Numbered from the stretch's first letter, positions 51,601 through 64,000 are shown. The stretch is 64,000 nucleotides of DNA from Mytilus edulis (GCF_963676685.1 NC_092348.1:31186001-31250000), one strand, 5' to 3'. Program-made: numbers and translations. The notes: generated by a model not told the origin, from the letters alone.

Positions 51601-54600
51601 TTCCACATTTTCTTTAAACTATATAGAGTAAAAGTCGCGTACTCTTATTGTTTGGCTTAGGATTTTACCTTGTCCTAATCTAATCAATCCACCAACAACA
51701 ATTATCATCAGAGCTATTAGTTTGGCACCGGTAAAGAAGACTTGCATCCTTGCCGCCAATGTTGTGTCGATACAGTTTACTACAGCAATCGTAACTACAA
51801 ACAACAAGACATATTATGGATGAAAAATCTCGGGTCGATTATGCATGCTCAATTCTATCCGACGTGGAAAGTCAAAAGCAGGGATATGACACTGACAGCA
51901 AATTGTTTGATTTCTTATGTACGATATTTCACACCAGGATATTTATTTCATTACTCTCGCTGCGTCGAAATTAAACATCGTTCTGCAGGAGCTTATCAAT
52001 AATGCATCATATTTCAAATGCGTCAATTTTAGAATGACCACCGGTCTAATGTTAAAAAACAATTTGACTTTAAAGACGTTACGCGCGGTCTTCGGTCTGT
52101 TTCATTTGACCCTTTCTTGATGAAAAAGTAGGACGAAAACAAATCAATTCTACGAATTATTAAACAGTAACTTGTTTGTATTTCTTATTTGAATCGAAAT
52201 TAAATAAAACCTGATTTTAATAAATGAAAAGTTATGTCTTATTTTATGATTAAGCAATGATTCCGTATTCATAGTGCCATAATAGACCACTTTCGAGTTC
52301 ATCCGTCACCGGAAAAAACTCGTCAATTATACGCGCCTTTATCATCGTCATTTGTGCGTTTAGGGGCGTCGTCACTTCCTTCCAATGTTGAGCGAGTGGT
52401 TGGAAAACTATAATTCTATATTGTACGAATTATTCGGCAAATTGAATTCTCAAAATTGACAATCAACACTGCTGTCATTAGGGAAATGTCAGTAAGTACC
52501 TACAGAGCAACCATTATTTCTAGTTTATCCTGCACAAAGACGATCACTAAGACGCTTGATGAACGTAAATAGTGCAGGGATACAGGCGAGCCCCTCTATC
52601 TGGTAAATGACGTCATAAAGGCGTGTATAATTGACGAGTTTTTGCCGGTGACGGATGAACTCGAAAGTGGTCTATTGCCGTGTAAGACGTAGCAAGAACC
52701 AACCATCCAAATATAAACGAAGGAGGCCGAATTATCCCCTATGGATTTTATTCACCCTCTATGGATCCGTAGGGGGTCAGTAGTTAACCGTATAACGAAT
52801 TCATCGCACGGTGCACTTTTTCTGCTGCCTTCTGTTCAAAAATAAACAATGAAACGCAACAACATTAAAAGATGACGTCACCATTAACGCATCATGAACT
52901 CCCTATGAAATTTACTAACCCCCTACGGTCTCATAGGGGGTCCCCACGTGACGGCGTTAAACCAATCACAACATGATATTTTACCAGCGGTGCGATAAAT
53001 ATAAAATATATAATTTAATTTTTTTTTCCATTGACTAAAAATGTATCATGATCTGTGTAATGGTATTATTTTGAGAGAAAACTTATTAGTATTTTTTGTT
53101 TGAATGGTAATAAAAATCAACAATAAAAATTTGCCTTCATCAAAGTTTTGTAAACCATTTGCTGATCCTAAAGGCGTCGACGTTTTTCGGATAAAAACAA
53201 TAATATCATGCAATGGGTTAACTATTTTTAATGCGTTTTATGGCGTGTAGTATGGTTGAAAAATTGCCAAGCATAATTCTCTTGTTATAATCCCGCGATT
53301 ATCATGAGTTAATTTACACGTATTTTTTTTTCAAATATTACCCGAAATTTTAAGATAAGTATATATAGCACAAGCTTTAATAATACTGAAGCTTTAGATT
53401 TTGGAGCCAAACATTTATATGTCTGCTAGTACGAATGTTTGTTTTCAAGATACACTAAAAATCATGTCCACGCATCCGACAAACAGACGCATGTGAAAAA
53501 TACACATTCTATTTTAAGGCCGACTGTAGACCACTTTTTTTTTAATTTTGAAATAGCAGCAACAAGCTACTATATATCCTCTGTTTGCTTGAACTGTAAA
53601 TTCAATTTCATTCTAAGATTTTGGAATGAAAGGGCAGTTTTGAATTATTGATTTTATTTCAAAATTAAAATTTGAAATAAAATCAATAATTCAAAACTGC
53701 CCTTTCATTCCAAAATCTTAGAATGAAATTGAATTTACAGTTCAAGCAAACAGAGGATATATAGTAGCTTGTTGCTGCCATTGACCCGAACGATGATTGT
53801 TTTTCTTTATCATCTTATTGAAAGACACATATTTGAGATGTTGATAGTACGAATAAAAAGACACTGCAATTATTTGATAACTGCAGTTTGAAAACTACAG
53901 ACGAAAGCGAGTAAATAAAATGTTTACTCTGGGAGCACAACACAGCTTTGGTACCGTACTGGCTGTCTCCAAGCGATGTATATGCCTATACCTAGATACA
54001 TGTACTTGTGATGATGGAATCATGAACATCATAGAAGAATATGCATTTTGCAACAATTGATACGCTTGGACAGTGACAAATATTTGAAATATATACTTTC
54101 AATAAGTTAAGAAAAGTGTGTTTGTTAAAAATATATAATCAGCCATGTTAACAGTCTATTTTTTTTTAATAAAAAGTAAAACATCAAGATGACAGCTGTT
54201 TTAAAAAAAGATGCAAAACCGAACACCGTGCGTAACTGTTAAAGCAGTCGTTCGAATTCACAATCAAACAGCATTATGCCGTTTAAATTTTAATTGATGA
54301 ATGGTACTTTCTGGGGTTTAAGTATCCAAGAACCGCAGGCATGTTCTTTTAGCTGTTTTAATGCATGATCATATATTGAATGGTTTTACACAAGTCATTT
54401 TGGGGGCCCTTTATAGCTTGCAAATTGCTGTTCGGTGTGAGCAGAGACTCCGTGTTGAAGACCGTACTTTGTACATAAATTATTGGTTTTCTTTTACAAC
54501 TTGAGACTGGTTGGAGAGATTTCGCATTGGCACTCTTCCACATCTTCTTATATCTATTTACCTATTACAACTATGGCAACGAGTTTCTTTATATTTTCTG

Positions 54601-57600
54601 GAGAGCCACACATTGGGAAGAATGTAGCCATGTACTCCCCAAACGTAAGTGATATGATGGCTACCGATGATGTCCGAATTACAATAACGGAAGTCCATGC
54701 GAATAGAAATGCCATGACGTCACCATATGCTTCCTTCATATAGGCGTATTCTCCACCAGACTTTCGAATCATTGTTCCAAGTTCTGAGTATGATAAAGCA
54801 CCTACAATATACAGTTGAAATTATCATATTTTCTGAAGAAGAAAAAAGCAATCTGATGATTTTTGAAGTTGCTTGGCATGCGCAATTAATTTTCATTTCA
54901 TCTGATCGGTTGGAGCTAATTTGGATATATACTGTTAACTCAATATTCTCCATCAAAATGACTCTCATCTATAAGTAATTATTAAAAGTAACTGTAGAAT
55001 CAATCACCTGAAATTGCAAAAATGGCCATCAAACCAAAATTCCCTGTGTACTAAATACCGGTCTATTTACAATTTACTCATAGTTCTTGGTAGAAATTGA
55101 AATTAGCAGTGGTTGTCGTTTGTTTATGTGTTACATATTTCGTTCATTTTTTTACATAAATAATGCTGTTAGTTTTTTCGTTTGAATTGTTTTACATTCT
55201 TATCGGGGCCTATTATAGCTGACTATGCGGTATGGGCTGTGCTCATTGTTGAAGGACGTACGGTGACCTATAGTTGTTAATGTCTGTGTCATTTTGGTCT
55301 TTTGTGGATAGTTGTCTCATTGGCAATCATACCACATCTTCTTTTTTTATATTACCCAGAAGATAGTGTTCCCACATCACCATACTTGGATCAGACAATA
55401 TTTGATAAAATATATATTTGGGTATGGCTGTGGATTTTTTTCTCAATATCAATATCTTTGTCTCAAAATGGAAATATTTTTTGACGTTTTTGCAGTGTTT
55501 CGCTAATTAAATGCCAAACATTTTGAAGACCGGCTATTGCTTTAAAGGAGAAAAAAAATCCAAAATGTAATTACTGATATCTGGCTACGTACTGTCTTAT
55601 AAACACCCGTCATCTAAACATCATATATAACTTTAAAAAATATTGTTTATTTTTAACTCAATATCTTACATACCTTCTTCATTTCAGCTTAATAAACAAA
55701 CAAAAATCAAAAAAGGACAAAGAAAATTTCCCTTTTTTTTTTAAATTCAAATATAGTTAATTTCATAACCCAAAACATGTTACATAACTTAAAAGGTAAG
55801 GTTTAAACACCAAAGGAACAGCATCTGTTGCAGATAATAAAAACTGAATAAAAATTTTATCAATTAAGAATTCAATCAAAATGAATTAAAGGGAAGGTGG
55901 TGTGAATAAAAATAACAAAAATGACGTCTAGAGGTCAAAATATGTTTGTTTTATACTGCAACTAGTTGTGTTTATTTAAGAATTGAATGCTTCTTTTTGT
56001 AAATTTATTGGGGTGTAAAAGCGTTGACCGAAGTACATTTTGTATGAAGCGCGGAAGCGCTTCATTCTAAAAATGTGCGCACGGTCAACGCTTTTACAAC
56101 CTTATAAAGTTACAAAAAGAAACATTCAATACTTATAATTACATTTTTTAGCTATGATCATGAAAACACGAATTTTATATATTTTTTTATTTAATTCACC
56201 TGTGCACTTTATTGTTGGACCACGTGTTATCATGAATGAAAAGTTGTATTGAGCAATGCATGCAACTGCTTACGGAATAACACGTGATGTGCAGTTAGCC
56301 AATCAGAATAAAGTATTAGAATGAAACATACATCTTATGTAATTATTTCCTAAATATTGTAACACCGCTATATTTTGTGCAATGTTAATTTCATCATGAA
56401 ACACTTTTTCCACAGTCAGAGGTTCATTAAGGTATGAAAATAAGTTTGAAATATGTGTTACAATTTAAATAGCTATGAATTTATTTATTAAAGTTGCAGT
56501 ATAAAAACAATATTAGGTCAATGTCAGAAAAATATAAACTTTTTGTACTCGGTGCAAAACTGGGGAAGGGTTCGGTAGAACCTCGCCCTTCAGCCTCATA
56601 CAAAAAAGTTGTTGATATTTTTCTGACATTGACCTAATATTGTAAATATACTGCAATAAGCTCTATTTATTTCCTATACACAGCTATATTTTGTGCAATG
56701 TCAATTTCATCATGGAACACTTTTTCCACAGTCAGGGGTTCAGGGATGAAATTAAGTTTGAAATTTGTGTTACAATTTTAATAGATATCAATGTTTTATT
56801 TTAAGTTGCCGTATAAAACCAATATTAGGTCAATGCCATAAAATATAATCTTTTTTGTATTCGGCACAAAACTGGGGAAGGGCTCCGTAAAACCTCGCCT
56901 TTCCCAGTTTCTCAACCCCGTACAGAAAAGTTTATATATTTCTGACATTGACCGAATATTTCTTTAAAAATAGGCAGATATCTCTTCAATTGGTCAAGCT
57001 GTAAATTGTCAGGAGTCTATAAAAGTTGTAAATGAATGAAAAAGAAACTGTTAAAGATTTGCCATTTTACACAAAAATTCTCCAATCAAATAATAAATAT
57101 TTAGATATGACCAGGGACAAACACTGAAGATGTTTCTGGAAAAGGTCAGGTACATAATTTGTGGCGAGGTATTGGTGATATTAACGGCCACCCCTTTTAA
57201 ATTCGTACCAGTACAGTTGGAATAACAATATGTATATCAAAGAACGCAAAATAAAAAGATTAGCATAGGTAAAGAAACCATTCTTGAATTTACATACCTA
57301 ATAGCGCCAGAAGGCCAGAAAGTGACCATATGACCAGACTAAGTCCGACTGATCCCGTTCTGTCTAATACATCAGTAGGTGAAATAAAAATACCAGAACC
57401 TGTAAATCAAAACAAAAACCGACCATTTGATAACCTCCATATTTTGAAATAATCCCAGGATTCTCGGAATTGCATTTTGCAATTAGAAAAACGGGGGAAT
57501 AGTTATTTGAATTATACTTTAACTACGACAAGGTCATGGAAGTTCGCGCTCTTACTATCATTATGTGTTTCTTGAAAGATGAAAAATTTGAGATTACTTT

Positions 57601-58790
57601 GATAATAACTTGTGCATAGATGCAAAACTATTTTAAACAAAAACAAATCCGTTACTGTCGAATCTTCCTTGTTGATTGTAAACGTTTTACATGCATATAG
57701 GTACAACTATGTTGTAATAAACGCTGAAATAAAATTGAGAATGGAAATGGGGAATGTGTCAACGAGACAACAACCCGACCATATAACAGTTAACAGCAGA
57801 AGGTCACCAATATGTCTTCAATGCAGCGAGAAATTCCCGCACCCGGAGGCGTCCTTCGACTGGCCCCTAAATAAATATATATATACTAGTCCAGTGATAA
57901 TGAACGCCATACTAAACTCCAAATTATACACAAGAAACTAATGTTAAAAATAATACAAGACTGACAAAGGCCAGAGGCTCCTGATTTGGGACAGGCGCAA
58001 AAATGCGGCGGGGTTAAACATGTTTATTAGATCTCAACCCTCCCCCTATACATCTAACCTATGTAGAAAAGTAAACGCATAACAATACGCACATTAAAAT
58101 TCAGTTCAAGAGAAGTCCGAGTCTGATGTCAGAAGATGTAACAACAGAAACTAAACAAAATGACAACAATACATAAATAATAACAGACAACTAGCAGTTA
58201 ACTGACATGCCAGCTCCAGTGAAAGCATTGACAAAAATGAACAGTATAATGTAGTATACCATTAAAGTTAACCCAAATATTTTTAATATTTCCGTTTACA
58301 AAAGTCCTTCGATTTAGATTTCGTTACATTTTTAAGTACTATTACAGGAAATTACTTCAATGTTTCCAGATGAAGCCGGCATCCGGATGTGAGATTTTCC
58401 CGCTGTGTTGCAGACCCATGATTGGTGTCTGTTTTCTGATCTTTGGTTGTGTTCTTGTCTCGCTGACACCTTCCCTGGTTCCAGTCTCAATTTTAATCTT
58501 GGTAAAAATATTTGCTTAATCAAACCTATCTTTATACTGTCATATAATAGAATTTCGGTTGAGTCGCAATAAAAAAGCAACATTTAAGTCAAACCTACCT
58601 ATAATAGTTCCTACTATCAATGAAGTACCACTAATTAGACCTACAGATCGCTTTAACTTGATGGGTTCAATGACAACTCCCCCTGAATCTTTAACGTTCT
58701 TGTTATCATGACTGGCATCATTGTCTGTTCCATTTGGAAATGTTCTCTGTCGCGTTCCATTGTCTACCGTTCCGTACCTTTTACCATCAT
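42622..58790 (-). CDS. SLC7A9: SLC7 L-type amino acid transporter light chain, b(0,+)AT/SLC7A9-like (12 coding exons found, about 505 aa; start exon not found)
   Basis: Phase-consistent GT-AG exons: 58790-58599, 57399-57298, 54801-54562, 51794-51669, 50853-50754, 49492-49448, 49069-48946, 47552-47449, 45360-45264, 44388-44239, 43948-43780, 42689-42622. LAT motifs [28 protein letters not shown], heavy-chain-linking Cys (FFPMCGSP), [22 protein letters not shown]; C-terminus [12 protein letters not shown]. The family call is firm; the SLC7A9 symbol is by resemblance only. Confidence 0.9.
43203..43650. mobile_element. Interspersed retro-type repeat in the last SLC7 intron
   Basis: Ends gaacagcggtatactactgttgcctttatt; reverse-complement copy of this end at about 41098-41180; contains the cctgtaccaagtcagga core. 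Confidence 0.55.
43780..43948 (-). CDS. SLC7 coding exon ([14 protein letters not shown])
   Basis: 169 nt, cag/gtaagt flanks. Confidence 0.9.
44239..44388 (-). CDS. SLC7 coding exon ([16 protein letters not shown])
   Basis: 150 nt, phase 0-0. Confidence 0.9.
45264..45360 (-). CDS. SLC7 coding exon ([18 protein letters not shown])
   Basis: 97 nt, cag/gttagt flanks. Confidence 0.9.
45889..46266 (-). mobile_element. Interspersed repeat family (aaagagggacgaaagatacc..), variably truncated
   Basis: Other copies at 50198-50395, 47007-47062 (flanked by a tatgtta direct repeat) and diverged at 28405-28640; one shared end suggests 5'-truncated retroposition. Confidence 0.65.
46970..47472 (-). repeat. 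Tandem repeat (93/69-bp units) containing the exon 3' end and 5' splice site
   Basis: Donor junction AG|GTAATATATACC recurs at 47449, 47380, 47287, 47194, 47101. Confidence 0.9.
47449..47552 (-). CDS. SLC7 coding exon ([21 protein letters not shown])
   Basis: 104 nt, cag/gtaata flanks. Confidence 0.9.
48946..49069 (-). CDS. SLC7 coding exon ([13 protein letters not shown])
   Basis: 124 nt, cag/gtaaga flanks. Confidence 0.9.
49448..49492 (-). CDS. SLC7 coding exon ([14 protein letters not shown])
   Basis: 45 nt, cag/gtaagt flanks. Confidence 0.9.
50754..50853 (-). CDS. SLC7 coding exon ([17 protein letters not shown])
   Basis: 100 nt, cag/gtaagt flanks. Confidence 0.92.
51669..51794 (-). 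CDS. SLC7 coding exon ([14 protein letters not shown])
   Basis: 126 nt, tag/gtaaaa flanks. Confidence 0.9.
52281..52676. mobile_element. MITE with TIRs of about 70 bp
   Basis: aatagaccactttcgagttcatccgtcaccgg.. / ..ccggtgacggatgaactcgaaagtggtctatt. Confidence 0.85.
53556..53778. repeat. Perfect inverted repeat, 108-bp arms, 7-nt spacer
   Basis: 53556-53663 is the reverse complement of 53671-53778. Confidence 0.92.
54562..54801 (-). CDS. SLC7 coding exon ([19 protein letters not shown])
   Basis: 240 nt, phase 1-1. Confidence 0.92.
55975..56345. mobile_element. Hairpin-headed non-autonomous element (uninterrupted copy)
   Basis: Long imperfect palindrome at 55975-56133, then aattaca..tgtaatta; homologous to 20652-21663. 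Confidence 0.7.
56367..56962. repeat. Tandem pair (about 315 bp) of a hairpin-bearing element
   Basis: gctatattttgtgcaatg at about 56368 and 56683; each copy has aatattaggtcaatg..cattgacc.aatatt. Confidence 0.7.
57298..57399 (-). CDS. SLC7 coding exon ([34 protein letters not shown])
   Basis: 102 nt, cag/gtatgt flanks; absent from the ORF track. Confidence 0.9.
57728..58219 (-). mobile_element. 3' UTR-only copy of the same Penelope-like family
   Basis: Collinear with about 62058-62543; shorter related pieces near 12895, 41760, 51070, 58480. Confidence 0.75.
58599..58790 (-). CDS. SLC7 coding exon (N-terminal tail to TM1, ..[19 protein letters not shown])
   Basis: 192 nt, AG/GT flanks, phase 1-1. 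Confidence 0.88.
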
Positions 58791-59576
58791 CTAAAAAAAA
58801 AAACATTAAGTTAAACTTCTGTTAGAATTTACGTACATTCTATACAAATGTTAATTTTTGTCAAGGAGTTTCACGGCTTAGCCAAAGAAGCTTGAAATTT
58901 TACGATATTTATCTAGAGTTAAAGATGCCAAAGTTAAATGCAAAATTTAACTAAAATCTGAGACATAGCCCATTTACTGTTACTTGACATAAACGTGTTT
59001 CTGTAATTTTTAGTTTATTGGTGTTGATGGCAGAAATATGGTGGTGACTGGTCAGCTTCTTGTGTTGTGTTGTTATACCTCTGTCCAATGTTAGCGGAGG
59101 GTTGAGCGCTCACAAACATGTGTAACCCCGTTACAATCTGCTAAGGCCTGGCCAATTCAGGAGTGGTTGCCGTTGGCCTATATATATGCGTCATATTTGT
59201 TTTTCGTAAACTGTTATGTTATAAATAAGGCCGTCAATTTCTCATTTGAATTGTTTCATATATTTTCATGTCGGGGCCTTTTATAGTCGACTATACGGTG
59301 TGGGATTTTTATTATTGTTGAAGGCCGAACAGGTGCCCATAAATTCTTACATCCACTTTATTTTAACTTTGGTCAATAGTGGTCTCATTGGCAACCATAC
59401 CACATCTCCTTATTTTTATATTAAGAACAACATTTGGAGAGATTTAGAACTAAATATTTTTTGAAGACACCAATCTTCAATTGTTGAAATCATAATTTGA
59501 TTTGTAATAATAAAACTTCATCTCCGTATTTAAGCAAATACAGCTTATTGGATTTACATAATATAAATATCCAAAA

Positions 59577-59861
59577 CTGTAAACCAACTAATTTTCGCGA
59601 GCAATTTAATTTCGCGACTTTAGCGAGTAGAACAATAACGCGAATATAAATCGTCGCGAATATGTATGTATAACTTGGATCATTCCTTATTTAACTACAT
59701 CAAATAAATTTTGAAAATCGCGAAATTAAATCGCCGAAAAATTGACGCACGTCATAGAAAAAAACGAAACAAAGGCGACGCAAGGCGGAATGCGCAGAAA
59801 CAATAGAGGGATTTGTCTTTAATGCAAAATAAAGTATCCGCGAAAATAAGTTTGTTTACAG
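59577..59861. mobile_element. MITE with CTGTAAAC..GTTTACAG termini and TTCGCG repeats
   Basis: ctgtaaaccaactaattttcgcg ... cgcgaaaataagtttgtttacag. Confidence 0.7.
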
Positions 59862-61057
59862 TTGACAATATAATAGATGTCTTTGCGAGGGTATATGTTA
59901 CGTATGTTGTGTTGGTAACTCATACACTTCTTTCCCATATCTACTGTTAACAATATTTATTGTTTAAAATTGTGTATTTTACAATTTCATTTCGAAGCTT
60001 GCCAGAAGAAAACAATAGTTTATCTTGCATCTTTTAGTCACTGTGTTGATTTATTGGTATTGCTAAATTTGTGCTCGAAACTATTAAAATTGGTGTATCT
60101 GAAACTTTTGTTGTACATTAATTTATCATTTAAATGGTATACTTTTATCTTAAATTGTATATAAAACAATAGATGTGTGTGTGTGACTAATTTTGATGAC
60201 TCTCGGGTAGATTTGTCTTGATTAATGCGGTTATCTCCTTGAAATTTTATAGTTTGTTTCGTGTTTTATTTTTGTAATCAATATAGACTAGACACGAACA
60301 TTTTTTATCTATGAATACCTGGTAACAGAGACATATAATATGTCTCTGCTGGTAATTGATGTTTATAGAACGAAATAAACACGCCATTAACATCAACTAA
60401 AGTAGAATACTATTTTGAAAATGAGGACTTGCATTAACTTTCAAACAGACAGACAATCGGGTACAACTCTCAATCCAAGTCAAATTGTTTAAAAGTAAAC
60501 AATCATAGATCAAAGTACTCCATAGATATAGGGAGATGTGGTATGAGTGCCAATGAAACAACTCTCCATCCAAATAACAATTTATAAAAGTAAACCATTA
60601 TAGGTCAAGGTACGGCCTTCAACACGGAGCCGTGGCTCACACCGAACAGCAAGCTGTCCAGTCTTCTTCACGAAGCCGTGGCTCACACCAAACTGCAAGC
60701 TATAAATGACCCAAAAATGACCAGTGTAAAATAATTCAAACAGGAAACCTTAAGGTCTATACTATTTATAAAAAAAACGAAAAACGAGAGACTACGACAG
60801 ACTACGATAGACTACGGACAGTTGCTCGTTGTGAGAAGTACTATCAAACGCATGTGCGATGGCTTATATAACATGTTTCCGTCTTTTAGCACACACCCCT
60901 TTCAAGTCGATTAAATTGAAGAAATTCAGATGAAAGATACGTCTCGTGTTTGGCCCAAAAGTGTAAAAGCGTGGAACTGTAATGAGTCAGATTTTCACAC
61001 ACCCCTTTGTAGTTAAATGGTTGCTCCGTTACGACATGTATCCTTATAACCATATTA

Positions 61058-63497
61058 TATTAGCGGCAATAAGTGAAATTAGGCATTAAGCTTAAATCCT
61101 AGGCAATAAACTAACGCCTAGGCAGTAAGTCTATTGCCTAAATGATGTTAGGCATTAGTCTTAAATCCTAGGATTTAAGCTTAAATCTTAAAAAATGAGT
61201 GCAGGCATTAAGCTTAATGTCTAATATATAAATGCGAGTAAGTAAAAGACATTTATTCATTTTAATAAAAAGATATTTGTTACATAATAACATTATGAGA
61301 ACTGGGGCTTGTTGATTGGAACTGTTTATAGATCGGTCCTATAAGATATTCTTAGGACAGAAATTATGATGAAGTTAGCACCGACGTACGACATGTCTCA
61401 GTATGCACATCGAAGCTATCTTAGGATTATCTTAGCTAGGATGTCCTAACCGCTTTCCTAAGTTTTGGCGTAAACGAAAAAAGCAAATGAAAAAAAATAA
61501 ATATTGTATCAAATTTAACCAACAACTTAAATTTAGAAACCGATTAATTATTAGAAAACAATTATTTGTTTTTTTAAAGGTAATACATAATTTTTGATAA
61601 TATAATTGTACATTTAAACTCTTTGAAACAAAACATAAGAAAAAAAAAATAACTACGTATTAGAATTGAAGAAACTTATTGTAAATAGTTAAAATTACAA
61701 TTAATATATAATCGTGTATCTTTCATATAAATACTCAATACTTCAAATATTTTATTTTATTGCTGCAATTCACATACGTTTGAATATGAGCAAAAGAGTT
61801 TCATCCTAAATATAAAAAAGAAAATGTGGTATGATTGCCAATGAGACAACTGTCCACAAGAGACCGGAAATAAAATCACTAATAAAATATTTTATTTATA
61901 TATATTAAACCCATCAAATAATAATATTCAAATAAATATAATAATTATTCTAAAGAATCTCCTCCCTTTTTTTAATTGGATATTTTTAATATTTTCTATC
62001 ACCACAAAAACATGAAACGAGTATGGGTTTATTCTGTTTTTTAACTGTCAAAATGACTAATAAAATTGAGAAAGGAAATGGTGAATATGTCAAAGCGACA
62101 ACCACCCGACCATAGAGCAAACAACAGCCGAAGGCAACCAATGGGTCTTCAATGTAGCGAGAATTCCCGCACCCGTAGGTGTCCTTCAGCTGGCCCCTAA
62201 AATATGCATAATAGTACAGTGATAATGGACGTCATACTAAACTCCGAATTATACACAAGAAACTAAAAATTAAAATCATACAAGACTAACAAAGGCCAGA
62301 GGCTCCTGACTTGGGACAGGCGCAAAATTGCGGCGGGGTTAAACATGTTTATGAGATCTCAACCCTCCCCCTATACCTCTAGCCAATGTAGAAAAGTAAA
62401 AGAATAACAATACGCACATTAAAATTCAGTTCAAGAGAAGTCCGAGTCTGATGTCAAAAGATGTAACAAAAGAAAATAAATAAAATGACAATAATACATA
62501 AATAACAACAGACTACTAGCAGTTAACTGACATGCCAGCTCCAGACCTCAATTAAACTGATTGAAAGATTATGTCTTCATCATATGAATATCAGGTACAA
62601 TCCCTCCCGTTAGGGGTTTAGTATCATACTATCATAAAATATACGAGAAGAACATAACCCGTGTCATGCCAACAACTGTTTTTTTAGAAATAAATGTGTT
62701 TAGTTCCGATGCAAAGACCCTATCAGTGAATCAATGTTAAAGCCAAAATATGCAATCTTTAATGACCTGACAACAGTATCGTAACTATATCCCCTTTTAA
62801 TAAGTCTATTTAAAGGTTTTGTTAGTTTCTGAGGAGAATACTGACATTTTTGTGCTTTATAAAGAATATTTCCATAAAATTTTGGATGTGAAATACCTGA
62901 ACGTATAAGATGTCTGCATGTTGAGTTATATTTACGAATTATTTCCTTATACCGGTGATAAAATTTAGTAAATGTTTTGACCAGTTTGTGATATCGAAAA
63001 CCCTGGTGTAATAATTTTTCAGTAATACATAAATTTCTCTCGCTAAAATCTAATACATTGTTACATACACGAGCGAATCGTACAAGTTGAGATATATAAA
63101 CACCATAAGATGGTGACAAGGGAACGTCACCATCTAAAAATGGATAATTAACAATAGGAAATGAAAAATCATCTCTTTTATCATAAATTTTTGTATTAAG
63201 CTTCCCGTTTATGATATAGATATCAAGATCGAGGAATCTTACTTATTTTTGAAGATCTGTCAGAAGAAATGTAATTGAGAAACGACTTTATATCAAGAAT
63301 AAATCACCAAATATGCATAAATTCCATAGTTTACTTATTGCCTAAAATTATGTTCGGCAATAGGATGAATAATCATCATCAGATTTCAGGAAATAAGCTT
63401 AATGCCTGAAAATTTCAGACAATAACTTAATGCCTAGGCGTTAGCTTATTGCCTAGGATTTAAGCTTAATGCCTAATTTCACTTATTGCCACTAACA
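61058..63497. mobile_element. TIR element (about 75-bp TIRs made of TAGGCATTAAG subrepeats) enclosing the Penelope-like fragment
   Basis: tattagcggcaataagtgaaattaggcattaagc.. / ..gcttaatgcctaatttcacttattgccactaaca. Confidence 0.7.
62058..63236 (-). mobile_element. 5'-truncated Penelope-like retroelement (RT C-terminal part plus 3' UTR)
   Basis: Frame from 63236 reads FLDLDIYIINGKLNTKIYDKRDDFSFPIVNYPFLDGDVPLSPSYGVYISQLVRFAR.., typical of the PLE RT end/thumb; stop at 62700; the 3' UTR matches 57728-58219. Confidence 0.8.
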
Positions 63498-64000
63498 TAT
63501 ATATTTGAGTAATCTCTATCTACCGTCATTATTCACTAAAGAAAGAAAGAGTAACACCATTTGATAAAAAAAGTTTGTGTGAAAAGGTGAAGGTCATACA
63601 TTTTTGGTGATTTATCAACCTAATTTAGTTCTCACTATCATTAAAGATCGTAAAAGATTTTAAAGTAAATATTACCTAACACGTTTTTTTACAATTTAAT
63701 GTTGAAAATATTTAATACGCTGAATAATTCTATTAACTTAAGAAACACTTATGTGCTGATAGAAATGTTATGAGTCTTCATGCACGGCCGCGTTTAAAGA
63801 ATATTCATTCAGTTATCTATTCGTTTCTACTTTAAACAGCTAAAATGAATGGCATTCTTCAAAATAAATGCCGGTATATGGGCCACTGAGCTAGGGTATA
63901 ATCATAAAAGTGTATTTATTTCTTCATTGTTTTATCAAATTGAATAAGCACTTTAGAAAATTGTAAATCATCCTTCAAGTTTTTATCGTAAGCATTCATT

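Overview
AT-rich, intron- and repeat-rich animal genomic DNA. The interspersed repeat families look like those of a bivalve mollusc, probably Mytilus (recognition from memory, not a search). There are two main contents. (1) Positions 1-37.6 kb, + strand: a head-to-tail cluster of seven paralogous genes, each with an uninterrupted coding exon, encoding small secreted proteins whose mature parts lack Cys. Each has a signal peptide, then 1,1,1,1,2,3,3 copies of a conserved module (beta-strand-like [NDE]-h-x-I-x, poly-Gly, short turn, GG[RDN]GG, then [DSN]-h-x-T-x-h-x-I), then a very basic low-complexity tail. I do not recognise this family. It is the best candidate for an undescribed system, possibly a polyglycine-II-bundle structural or defence protein family. 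(2) Positions 42.6-58.8 kb, - strand: a 12-coding-exon SLC7 L-type amino acid transporter light chain (SLC7A9/b0,+AT-like) whose start exon I could not locate. The rest is MITEs and other DNA transposon relics, a Helentron-type element, a 5'-truncated Penelope-like retroelement with many related fragments (some carrying hammerhead ribozyme motifs), and a 42 x 35-bp minisatellite. Oddities include a tandem array of a 5' splice site, a perfect 108-bp palindrome, and a decayed SLC7 exon inside the Gly-rich cluster.
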